Shown here in pieces: positions 1-8,359 of a DNA stretch of 64,000 bases (position 1 is its first letter; the number at the start of each line of letters is the position of its first letter). The DNA comes from Clostridia bacterium (GTDB taxonomy: Bacteria > Bacillota > Clostridia > Christensenellales > SZUA-584): the NCBI GenBank assembly GCA_003249555.1, contig QKIQ01000024.1, forward strand, positions 353 through 64,352, in the 5' to 3' direction. The notes under the pieces are model-generated. The model did no database searches and was not told where the DNA came from. It saw nothing but the letters and a program-made list of their open reading frames with translations. The translations under genes were made by a program, and so were the position numbers.

Positions 1-17
1 CCTCCCGGGCACGCCAC

Positions 18-56
18 AAAACCCCGATGAATACTGATGTTTCGGGGTTTTTTATT
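18..56 (+). terminator. Rho-independent terminator of a gene lying upstream of the window
   Basis: AAAACCCCGA (18-27) pairs with TCGGGGTTTT (42-51), followed by a T-run. Confidence 0.6.
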
Positions 57-250
57 ATTGGGGTAGCATCTGCTGTGTGAAGTGACGAATATAATCATAT
101 TATTCTTGATTGGGGAATGTACTGTAAACAAAACGATTTTATGCTATCATGGAAACGGATAGGCACGCCTATCAAATAGATGAAAGCGGTTGTCCGATCG
201 TCTGCATTGCTTCAACCTTGATATAACAAATAATAAAGCGGGTATAGCCA

Positions 251-1264
251 ATGAATAATAAAAAACGTATCAACAGAACGAGAAGCGGCTGGCTTATGGC
301 CTTCTCGCTTCTTTTCATGCTGCTGAGCGCGTGCGATACGAGCAGCAAAAGCGTATCGCCAACACCCACACAAGCGGTTTCTACTGTTGTCGTTTCACAG
401 ACGGTAACGCCTTTTACTGCGCCAACATCTACACCCGCGTCAACACCATCGCCGACACAAACGCCTGAACCGACATCAACGGTGGTATTTTTGGAGCAGG
501 CTGTCTGCACAGCCAATGAATATGTGAACATTCGAGAGCGTGCGGATAAAAACAGCAATGTCATCGGTACGCTGCCCGCTGGGGAGACTGCGGATGTGAC
601 TGCTTATGGGGATGATTGGGCCAATGTGTTCTATAACGGTATTGCGGGTTTTGTAAGTAAAGACTACCTGATACCCGTACGCAAACCAGATATCGATGTG
701 CCGAAGGGCGATTGGGCAGCGGTGCTGGTAAACCCCACTCATTTGCTGCCCGATTTTGAGGTGGAACTGGCTGATTTTGAAGGCGGACAAGTGGACGCAC
801 GTATATTCGACATATGCGCAGTGATGTTTGCCGACGCCAGGGCGGATGGCGTTGATTTTGTGCTTGTGGATGCGTACCGCAGCTATGAAACACAGAATAA
901 GCAATATCAAAAAAAGGTAGACAGCTATGTCGCCAAAGGCTACAGCGTGAAGGATGCGGAGGTTAAAGCCGCGACCATTACGGCGCGGCCCAATACGAGT
1001 GAGCATCAAACGGGGCTTGCGCTGGATATTGTGACGCCGTCCTATACCAAGAGAGACAAGGGATTTGCGAAAACGGACGCGTTCAAATGGCTTAATGCGA
1101 ACGCTCAGAATTACGGATTCACAATGAGGTATAAGGCGGACAAGCAGGAATATACAAAGGTGATTTATGAGCCATGGCACTGGCGGTTTGTTGGGGTCAA
1201 GGCCGCAAAAGCGATGAAGCAAAGCGGCGAGTGCTTGGAAGAATATTTGCAAGAACTTGAATAA
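251..1264 (+). CDS. Lipoprotein D-alanyl-D-alanine carboxypeptidase, VanY/peptidase M15B family, with SH3b domain
   Basis: Lipobox LLSAC. Thr/Pro-rich linker. SH3-like YVNIRERADKNSNVIGTLPAGE. VanY motifs YRSYETQ, SEHQTGLALDI, EPWHWRF. Confidence 0.85.
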   Translation: MNNKKRINRTRSGWLMAFSLLFMLLSACDTSSKSVSPTPTQAVSTVVVSQTVTPFTAPTSTPASTPSPTQTPEPTSTVVFLEQAVCTANEYVNIRERADKNSNVIGTLPAGETADVTAYGDDWANVFYNGIAGFVSKDYLIPVRKPDIDVPKGDWAAVLVNPTHLLPDFEVELADFEGGQVDARIFDICAVMFADARADGVDFVLVDAYRSYETQNKQYQKKVDSYVAKGYSVKDAEVKAATITARPNTSEHQTGLALDIVTPSYTKRDKGFAKTDAFKWLNANAQNYGFTMRYKADKQEYTKVIYEPWHWRFVGVKAAKAMKQSGECLEEYLQELE

Positions 1265-1343
1265 TAAGCGGAAAACATAGCCATGCATCAGTAAATATGT
1301 TATATTATCTACGAAATTTATATAACCAAAAGAGGTAATCATA

Positions 1344-1748
1344 ATGGAAATTGAAAGAACGTATGTTATGCTGAAACCTACCTGCGTCAAAAGAGGACTT
1401 ATTGGCGAGGTCATTTCACGTATTGAAAGGAAGGGGTACAAAATTATTGACGCGAAGATGATGTATTTGAATGAAGAGATTCTTCGTGAGCATTACGCGC
1501 ATCTTACCGATAAGCCTTTTTTTCCTCAGATTCTTGATAATATGACGTCCGGTCCTGTGCTGGGCTTGATCGTTGAAGGACGAAATGCTGTGCTGGGCAT
1601 GCGTATACTTATGGGCGCAACGAAGTTCGAGGAGGCTGCGGCCGGCACCATCCGCGGCGATTATGCGAGCAGCACGCGTGAGAATATTATCCACGGCTCG
1701 GATTCTTTGGAAAACGCTGAGATCGAGATAAAAAGATTCTTCAAATAG
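1344..1748 (+). CDS. ndk: Nucleoside diphosphate kinase
   Basis: ERTYVMLKP, GLIGEVISRIERKGYKI, NIIHGSDS active-site His region, 134 aa. Confidence 0.95.
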   Translation: MEIERTYVMLKPTCVKRGLIGEVISRIERKGYKIIDAKMMYLNEEILREHYAHLTDKPFFPQILDNMTSGPVLGLIVEGRNAVLGMRILMGATKFEEAAAGTIRGDYASSTRENIIHGSDSLENAEIEIKRFFK

Positions 1749-1876
1749 AGAATTCATGCTTTCGCTGACACATTTGAACCGTCACATACCATGTCGTATA
1801 TAGGCAAAATGATTGTTACAGGAATGAGTTGCGGGAGCTAAATTCAACGAGGTATTAAACAACTATAACCAAAACG

Positions 1877-1908
1877 AAACAACCGCTTATCGAACGGTTG
1901 TTTTTTGT
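1877..1908 (+). terminator. Rho-independent terminator after ndk
   Basis: AAACAACCG / CGGTTGTTT stem with 9-nt loop and T-run. Confidence 0.7.
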
Positions 1909-1952
1909 TTGTTAAAAAACATTATCGAATCATCATTTGCGTAAATTTGACG

Positions 1953-1981
1953 TTGACAACACACCAATCAACCAATACAAT
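1953..1981 (+). promoter_or_regulatory. Candidate sigma-A promoter of the DeoR sugar-acid operon
   Basis: TTGACA (1953-1958), 17-nt spacer, TACAAT (1976-1981). A second TATAAT lies at 2046-2051. Confidence 0.45.
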
Positions 1982-2111
1982 AATAAATGACAATAAACGA
2001 AAAAAAACGATAACAAACAGTAGAAAACAATAAACGTATATAGGATATAATGCCAATTGATATTCTTTTAGCGCATTATTAAGACTATAACAAGGGATGA
2101 GGGGTAAAGAT

Positions 2112-2900
2112 ATGGCAAAACAGCCGGACAGTATGTTCGCTCAGGTTCGCAAACAGGCCATAACAGAGATCGTCATTCAAAAAGGAAACGTGACAGTCGG
2201 GGAATTGTGTGAGCGTTTTGGGGTCTCGCCTGCTACCATCCGCAACGATCTGCGGGATTTGGAGGTAGCGGGAGCGATTGAGCGAACGCATGGCGGCGCC
2301 ATGAGCTGCCAAAAACCGTTATACGAGCTTAACACGTACCAAAAAGAAGACAGGTATGTACCGGAAAAGGAAGCGATCGCCAAAACAGCGGCGGAATTCA
2401 TACAGCCGGGTGACGCCATTGCATTGGATACCGGCACGACGACATTTCAGCTTGCGAAGCACCTTGTGGGTATTGATAATCTTACAGTTGTCACCTACGA
2501 TTTGGAGATTGCGTTATGGCTGGAACGGAACACGAATGTTTCCATTATTATGGCGGGCGGTCCGGTTCGCCGCAATTTTCATTGCACAGTTGGCATGACG
2601 GCGATTAACATGATTTCCAATCTGCGGGTTGACAAGCTCTTCACGGCGGCTAACGGCATCAGTGTGAAACACGGACTCAGCACACCCAGTATGGAAATGT
2701 CCAATATAAAAACGGTTTTGCTGGATAAGGCAGATAGGGTCTTTCTGCTTTCAGACAGCAGCAAAATCAATCGTGATGCCTTTGTGGTTTTTGCGCCTAT
2801 CTCAAAAGTCGATGTGATGATCACGGATGATAAAGCAAATGCCGAGTTCGTGGCTGCCGCGACGGAAGAAGGCGTGCATGTGATATGCGTACATGTTTGA
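2112..2900 (+). CDS. DeoR/GlpR family transcriptional regulator
   Basis: N-terminal HTH (VTVGELCERFGVSPATIRNDL) plus C-terminal DeoR sugar-binding domain. Start moved to the ATG at 2112, behind RBS GAGGGG. Confidence 0.85.
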   Translation: MAKQPDSMFAQVRKQAITEIVIQKGNVTVGELCERFGVSPATIRNDLRDLEVAGAIERTHGGAMSCQKPLYELNTYQKEDRYVPEKEAIAKTAAEFIQPGDAIALDTGTTTFQLAKHLVGIDNLTVVTYDLEIALWLERNTNVSIIMAGGPVRRNFHCTVGMTAINMISNLRVDKLFTAANGISVKHGLSTPSMEMSNIKTVLLDKADRVFLLSDSSKINRDAFVVFAPISKVDVMITDDKANAEFVAAATEEGVHVICVHV

Positions 2901-2927
2901 ATTTGATTTTTGGAGATTGAGGTAATA

Positions 2928-3869
2928 ATGATGATAAGAACGGTATTGGGCGACATTCCGCACACTCATTTTGGACATACGCAATGCCATGAACATCTGT
3001 TTCTGGAAAAGGGGAAGTCCTTCGAGATAAACCCTGCACTCTGCATGGAAGATCCGGAAAAAAGCAGCGCAGAGCTTGCAGACTACCGAGACGCGGGCGG
3101 CTCGGCGATTGTGGATGCACAGCCCGTCCGATGCGGACGCATGGAAGAAGCGTTGGTGACAGCATCATCCAAGACAGGTGTGCATATTATCGCGGTGACA
3201 GGTTTTCACAGAATGCTTTTCTATGAAGAAGGCAGTTTTCCTTGTTCATGGACGGAGCAGCAGCTTACCGACCTTTTTGAATGCGAAGTCACCAAAGGTA
3301 TGACATTGAAGGACGGACGGCGGATTACCGCGCGAGCGGGTATGATTAAAGCAGCCATAGAGACAGATGGTGTATATGCGGACAGCGCGAGTGAGATGCT
3401 ATTTGGAGCTGTGGCACAAGCAGCGGGCAGAAGCGGGGCTCCCGTATTGATCCATACCGAGCTGAATGCCGATATATTGGAGATGATTGAGTTTTTCGGG
3501 TCTGCGGGTATCTCGCCGCAGCGTTTGGTGATTTGTCATATGGACAGAACGCGATATGATATGGGGTATCACAGAGAAGTGCTTTCAACAGGTGCCAACC
3601 TGTGTTACGACAGTGTCAACCGACTAAAATACCTGAGTCATGAGAAAGAGATTGCGCTGATTTCAGCCATGATAGTAGCAGGATATGAAGAGCAGCTGTT
3701 GCTGTCCTTAGACACCACGAATCAGCGTCTGCGTGCGTATGGAGCGGATATGGGGCTCGATTATATTTTAAAAGATTTTATCACTATGCTGCGGGAGCAT
3801 GGGGTGCCGATGTCTGCCGTTGAAAACATGACGGTCAACAACGCCAAACAAGCCCTGCGGCTGAAATAA
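2928..3869 (+). CDS. Phosphotriesterase-family (PHP/PTE-like) amidohydrolase, probable sugar or phospho-sugar lactonase
   Basis: N-terminal metal motif HTQCHEHLF. TIM-barrel amidohydrolase length of about 313 aa. Start ATG at 2928 after GGAG...GAGG. Confidence 0.7.
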   Translation: MMIRTVLGDIPHTHFGHTQCHEHLFLEKGKSFEINPALCMEDPEKSSAELADYRDAGGSAIVDAQPVRCGRMEEALVTASSKTGVHIIAVTGFHRMLFYEEGSFPCSWTEQQLTDLFECEVTKGMTLKDGRRITARAGMIKAAIETDGVYADSASEMLFGAVAQAAGRSGAPVLIHTELNADILEMIEFFGSAGISPQRLVICHMDRTRYDMGYHREVLSTGANLCYDSVNRLKYLSHEKEIALISAMIVAGYEEQLLLSLDTTNQRLRAYGADMGLDYILKDFITMLREHGVPMSAVENMTVNNAKQALRLK

Positions 3870-3888
3870 CAGGAGGAAAGAAAGACTT

Positions 3889-4839
3889 ATGAATTTGAAA
3901 CCAGCAACGCAACCCACGATGTATTTTATCGGCGTGACAACGGGTCAATCTTCGATCATGAAGGTTTTTCCTGAATGGGCCAAGGCGCTTGGATTAAAGG
4001 ATGCCGTTATTAAGGGGATCGACATTGAGATCCACGCGCCAAGAGACGTTTACCGTGAAGTGGTCAGCTTTATCAAAAACGATCCGCTGTCGCTCGGTGC
4101 ACTGGTTACCACCCATAAGATCGACTTATACAATGCTGCCAGCGATCTTTTTGAGTATCTTGATCCATACGCACAGCGCTTCGGCGAGTTGTCATCCATT
4201 TCCAAAGACGGCAGTAAGCTTTGCGGACACGCAAAAGATCCCATCACATGCGGTCTTGCTATGGAAGAGTTCATCCCTGAAAACTATTGGAAAGAGCATC
4301 CGGAAGCCGGTGTGTTCATTATGGGGGCCGGCGGCAGTGCCATTTCCATGTGTTCGTATTTCATGCGCGAGGAATTCAAAGGCAACTATCCGTCCCATAT
4401 CGTCGTAGCTAACCGTTCGCAGCCGAGGCTGACGGAAATCGAAGAGATTAACAATACGCTCAATCCCGGCTTTGTCCGCTGCGAATATCATTTAACACCC
4501 GAGTTTGCGCAGAATGACATAGTGCTTCACACGATGCCGGAAGGCTCTTTGATTATCAACGCGACAGGACTCGGAAAAGACAGACCTGGCTCACCGCTGA
4601 CTGATGACGCAGTGTTCCCCCAAAATGCGATGGTGTGGGAAATCAACTATCGAGGCGATCTGCGCTTCATGCATCAGGCGCTTGAACAGAAGGACAAACA
4701 GAACCTCTTGGTTGAAGACGGGTGGATGTATTTTGTGTATGGCTGGACATCAGTGATATCAGAAGTGTTCCACATACCTATCGAAGGCGAAACACTCAAA
4801 GAGATGGACCGCATTGCAGCCGGCTTCAACGGCAGATAG
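3889..4839 (+). CDS. Shikimate/quinate dehydrogenase-like family oxidoreductase (divergent)
   Basis: GALVTTHK resembles NVTxPxK, a GHAKD segment resembles NTD, and there is a Rossmann GAGGSA motif. Confidence 0.55.
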   Translation: MNLKPATQPTMYFIGVTTGQSSIMKVFPEWAKALGLKDAVIKGIDIEIHAPRDVYREVVSFIKNDPLSLGALVTTHKIDLYNAASDLFEYLDPYAQRFGELSSISKDGSKLCGHAKDPITCGLAMEEFIPENYWKEHPEAGVFIMGAGGSAISMCSYFMREEFKGNYPSHIVVANRSQPRLTEIEEINNTLNPGFVRCEYHLTPEFAQNDIVLHTMPEGSLIINATGLGKDRPGSPLTDDAVFPQNAMVWEINYRGDLRFMHQALEQKDKQNLLVEDGWMYFVYGWTSVISEVFHIPIEGETLKEMDRIAAGFNGR

Positions 4840-4857
4840 CAGAAAGGATACATAATC

Positions 4858-5454
4858 ATGGCAGATTTTAATGCAGGTAAGCCGTTCGATTTTGAACGCG
4901 GCTTTACCATGGATTTTGATTTAAAGACTGGTTTTTCCACGATGCTGGACACCGGCAAGCGTTATCTTTCGCAGATGAAAGGCATGTTCGCGGACGATGC
5001 GGCATATGATGCTGCCTGTGACGGGCAGGATCCGCTGGTTTACGAGTTCCACGGCATGCCTGTGCCGGAGCATGAGGGAGACCTTGCGTTTGGCTGCAGC
5101 ATTGTCTATCCGGGAAAGGTCGGAAACGAGTATTACATGACCAAGGGGCATTTTCATACCATGCTGGAGACTGCGGAGATCTATTACTGTCTCGCTGGGC
5201 ATGGTTATATGCTGATGGAAAACCCCGAAGGCGACTGGCTTGCACTGGAGCTTGAGGCAGGCAAGGCTGTATACGTGCCCAAACGATATGCTCACCGCAG
5301 CATCTGCGTGGGCAACGAGCCGCTGCGTACGTTCTTTGTGTTCCGCGCGGATGCCGGCCATGATTACGGTACCATAGAAACAAAGGGATATCGCAAGCTG
5401 CTGGTCGAGGCAGACGGCAAACCAACGATTATTGACAATCCCAAGTGGAAATAA
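4858..5454 (+). CDS. Cupin-type glucose-6-phosphate isomerase family protein (cPGI-like)
   Basis: YYMTKGHFHTMLETAEIYYCLAG matches the TKGHYH...E.Y cupin metal motif of archaeal-type PGI. Confidence 0.7.
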   Translation: MADFNAGKPFDFERGFTMDFDLKTGFSTMLDTGKRYLSQMKGMFADDAAYDAACDGQDPLVYEFHGMPVPEHEGDLAFGCSIVYPGKVGNEYYMTKGHFHTMLETAEIYYCLAGHGYMLMENPEGDWLALELEAGKAVYVPKRYAHRSICVGNEPLRTFFVFRADAGHDYGTIETKGYRKLLVEADGKPTIIDNPKWK

Positions 5455-5467
5455 AGGAGTCAGACAT

Positions 5468-6421
5468 ATGAAACTATTGGTAACGCCGACTTCCTTTTTA
5501 AAGCCTGCGAACGAACAGGCGAAAGCCAAGCTGGAGGCTTTTTGTGACAGCATTGTGTATAATGACTTAGGCACGCCGCTTCAGGGCGATGAACTGCTTA
5601 AGCGTCTTGATGGTGTGGACGGCTACATTGCAGGTTTAGACTATATCACAGCCGAAGTCGTCAAGCGGATGCCCGGTTCACTCAAGGTAATCTCACGCTA
5701 TGGTGCAGGCGTTGACAGGGTGGATATCGACGCATGCAACGAGCGAGGCATCATCGTGACCAATACGCCGGGCGCCAACGCGACTGCGGTTTGTGAAATG
5801 GCTTTCGGGCTGATGCTGTGTGCGGCGCGCAACATACCGTCGCTGCATCAGGCTGTGGAAGCGGGTGAGTGGCCGAGAGCCAACGGTATGGAACTTGCGG
5901 GAAAAACACTGGGTATCGTGGGGCTTGGTGCGATCGGAAAACGGCTTGCCTTGCGCGCCAAAGCGTTCGAGATGGATGTGGTTGCGTTTGACCCGTATTT
6001 TGACGAGGAATTCGGCAAACAGCAAGGTGTGGCTAGGGTGGAATTGGATGACCTGTTTAAATCGGCGGATGTGGTGTCTTTGCATGTGCCGCTATCCGAT
6101 GCGACGCGCCATATGGTGAATGCTGACCGCATCAAGGAGATGAAACAGGGCGGTATATTGATCAACACAGCCAGAGGCGGCTTGATTGACGAGAAAGCGG
6201 CCGCGGAAGCGGTAAAGAACGGTCATTTGCGCGGACTCGGATTGGATGCGTTCGAGCAGGAGCCGCTTGTGGACTCGCCGCTCAAAGGCCTGCCGGGGGT
6301 GGTGTTTACACCTCATGCAGCCGGGCATACAGCTCAAGCCATATCGCGTATGGGCATGATGGCGGTGGATAATGCAATACAGGTGCTGTCGGGACAAAAG
6401 TGTCCTTACCAACTGAAATGA
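5468..6421 (+). CDS. D-isomer-specific 2-hydroxyacid dehydrogenase (PGDH/GyaR-like)
   Basis: GIVGLGAIGKRLA NAD fold, NTARGGLID, FTPHAAGHT. Start at the ATG at 5468, behind AAAGGAG. Confidence 0.85.
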   Translation: MKLLVTPTSFLKPANEQAKAKLEAFCDSIVYNDLGTPLQGDELLKRLDGVDGYIAGLDYITAEVVKRMPGSLKVISRYGAGVDRVDIDACNERGIIVTNTPGANATAVCEMAFGLMLCAARNIPSLHQAVEAGEWPRANGMELAGKTLGIVGLGAIGKRLALRAKAFEMDVVAFDPYFDEEFGKQQGVARVELDDLFKSADVVSLHVPLSDATRHMVNADRIKEMKQGGILINTARGGLIDEKAAAEAVKNGHLRGLGLDAFEQEPLVDSPLKGLPGVVFTPHAAGHTAQAISRMGMMAVDNAIQVLSGQKCPYQLK

Positions 6422-6435
6422 GAGGAGAAAAGACA

Positions 6436-7092
6436 ATGAACAAAATTGAAGTACTTAGGCGTTTGGAAGCGTGCGGCGTGGTGGCCGTGGTTCGCGCGGA
6501 AAACGAAGATCAGGCTATGAAGATTGTGGATGCCTGTATTAAGGCGGGTATCGTGGGCATCGAGATCACGTTCACGGTGCCTGGCGCGGCGGATATCATT
6601 AAAACGCTGAGCAAGAAGTATAAACCCGAAGATGTGCTCATTGGCGCGGGAACGGTGATTACGCCTGCAATGGCTCAGACGGCGATTCTCGCGGGAGCCA
6701 ACTATGTGGTGTCGCCCTACTTAGACGTCGAGACGGTTAAACTCTGCCTCAAGCATCAGGTTGCTTGTATGCCGGGCGCTATGACAGTGAAGGAAGCTGT
6801 GGAGTGCATGGAAGCAGGCGCTGACATCATCAAGATTTTCCCCGGCAATCTCTTCGGACCCAAGATCATCAAGTCAATCAAAGGGCCGCTGCCGCAGGCG
6901 CGCATGATGCCCACTGGCGGTGTCAATGTTGATAACATCTTTGAATGGATTAAAGCGGGGGCTGTCGCTGTGGGCGCAGGCAGCGATTTGACAGCGGGTG
7001 CCAAAAAGGGTGACTACGATTCCATCGTTGAGGTCGGCAAGAGAATGGTCGCCGAGGTCAAAAAAGCAAGAGAAGAGCTGGCGAGTCATTAA
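6436..7092 (+). CDS. eda: 2-dehydro-3-deoxyphosphogluconate / 4-hydroxy-2-oxoglutarate aldolase
   Basis: VVAVVRA, GIEITFT, IKIFPG (Schiff-base Lys region), PTGGV. Start at 6436, behind GAGAGGAG. Confidence 0.85.
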   Translation: MNKIEVLRRLEACGVVAVVRAENEDQAMKIVDACIKAGIVGIEITFTVPGAADIIKTLSKKYKPEDVLIGAGTVITPAMAQTAILAGANYVVSPYLDVETVKLCLKHQVACMPGAMTVKEAVECMEAGADIIKIFPGNLFGPKIIKSIKGPLPQARMMPTGGVNVDNIFEWIKAGAVAVGAGSDLTAGAKKGDYDSIVEVGKRMVAEVKKAREELASH

Positions 7093-7121
7093 CCAAAATA
7101 TATGACAAGGAGCAATATACG

Positions 7122-8063
7122 ATGTGTGAAATATGGACGATGGGTGAAATCCTGGTCGAGATCATGCGGCCCAAAGCCGGTATGGCGCTTAACGAGCCGG
7201 GTGAATTTGTCGGCCCGTTTCCCAGCGGCGCACCTGCCATATTCATCGATACGGTGGCACGTCTTGGACATACGAGCGGGATCTTTGGCGGTGTGGGCAA
7301 AGACGACTTTGGCAAGAACGTGCTCGAACGACTCAAAAAAGACGGCGTAAACGTGGATTATGTGTTCGAAGATGACACTTGCTCGACAGCTGTGGCATTT
7401 GTGACTTATTTCCAGGATGGATCCAGAAAGTTCATCTATCATATTGGCAACACGCCTGCTGTTCATCCCAAGGACTTTGATATGAAAGATATAGACAGCC
7501 CGAAGTTTTTTCATATCATGGGCTGCTCCTTGATGGCAGATGATGCGTTTCAGGAAAAAATCATGGACACAGCCGAGCTGTTTGCAAAGAATGGTGCGAA
7601 AATCTCATTTGACCCCAATATACGTCCCGAATTGCTGGTCGGAAAGACAGTTGACAAGGTGCTTAATAATGTGTTTCCCAACTGCTCCGTGATCATGCCG
7701 GGTATTGAGGAGCTAAAGGTGCTCACCGGCAAGGAGACGATTGAAGCTGGCGTCAAAAAGCTTTTCGAGTATGAGAAGATGGAAGTGGTCGCGCTTAAAA
7801 AGGGCAGCAAAGGCAGCACGATATACAGCCGGAACGAGAAGGCAGATTGCCCGCCATTTTGTGTGCGGCAGGTAGATCCCACAGGCGCTGGAGACTGCTA
7901 CGATGCGGCGCTGCTTTGCGGACTAATTGAAGGCTGCTCGCTCCATACGGCCGGAAACATGGCGTCTGCGGCAGGCGCGCTTAATGTGATGAAGCTGGGG
8001 CCTATGGAGGGCGATATCAATATGGACACTATCAGGAAGATGATTAAAGAACAAAGGAACTAA
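7122..8063 (+). CDS. kdgK: PfkB-family sugar kinase, 2-dehydro-3-deoxygluconokinase-like
   Basis: PfkB signature DPTGAGDCYDAA near the C-terminus. Lies next to eda. Confidence 0.7.
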   Translation: MCEIWTMGEILVEIMRPKAGMALNEPGEFVGPFPSGAPAIFIDTVARLGHTSGIFGGVGKDDFGKNVLERLKKDGVNVDYVFEDDTCSTAVAFVTYFQDGSRKFIYHIGNTPAVHPKDFDMKDIDSPKFFHIMGCSLMADDAFQEKIMDTAELFAKNGAKISFDPNIRPELLVGKTVDKVLNNVFPNCSVIMPGIEELKVLTGKETIEAGVKKLFEYEKMEVVALKKGSKGSTIYSRNEKADCPPFCVRQVDPTGAGDCYDAALLCGLIEGCSLHTAGNMASAAGALNVMKLGPMEGDINMDTIRKMIKEQRN

Positions 8064-8237
8064 AAAAGAGTCAGTGTTATGGCGAAATAATAGGGAGAGA
8101 TGAGGCTTTGCCGTTGCGCATAGTCTCATTTTATTTTTCATAAAAAAAGCATCGTTTTTTGCTGAGAGCCATAAAAAAGAATAAAAAAATAAAAGTGACA
8201 AATATAAACAAATAAAACCATTATGAGAAATTTATAT

Positions 8238-8264
8238 TAAGAAAAAGTCGAAATTTGTCGATAA
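8238..8264 (+). promoter_or_regulatory. Candidate sigma-D/FliA (sigma-28) promoter for the chemoreceptor gene
   Basis: TAAG, 15-nt spacer, GTCGATAA, compared with the consensus TAAA-N15-GCCGATAT. About 95 nt upstream of the MCP start. Confidence 0.4.
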
Positions 8265-8359
8265 TACATACAGACATACAAAAAAAGCAAATATTTTTTT
8301 GGAAATTATAAATTCTTTCGCTAAAAGACGAAGGATATCAAAATACGGGGAGGAATCAT

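Noticed and set aside
476-1441. 321-aa minus-strand ORF, plus 172-564 and 561-893, overlapping the VanY-like gene and ndk
   Set aside because: These ORFs are antisense to two well-supported genes. Their composition (Arg, His, Cys and Ile rich) matches no family motif, as is usual for shadow ORFs.
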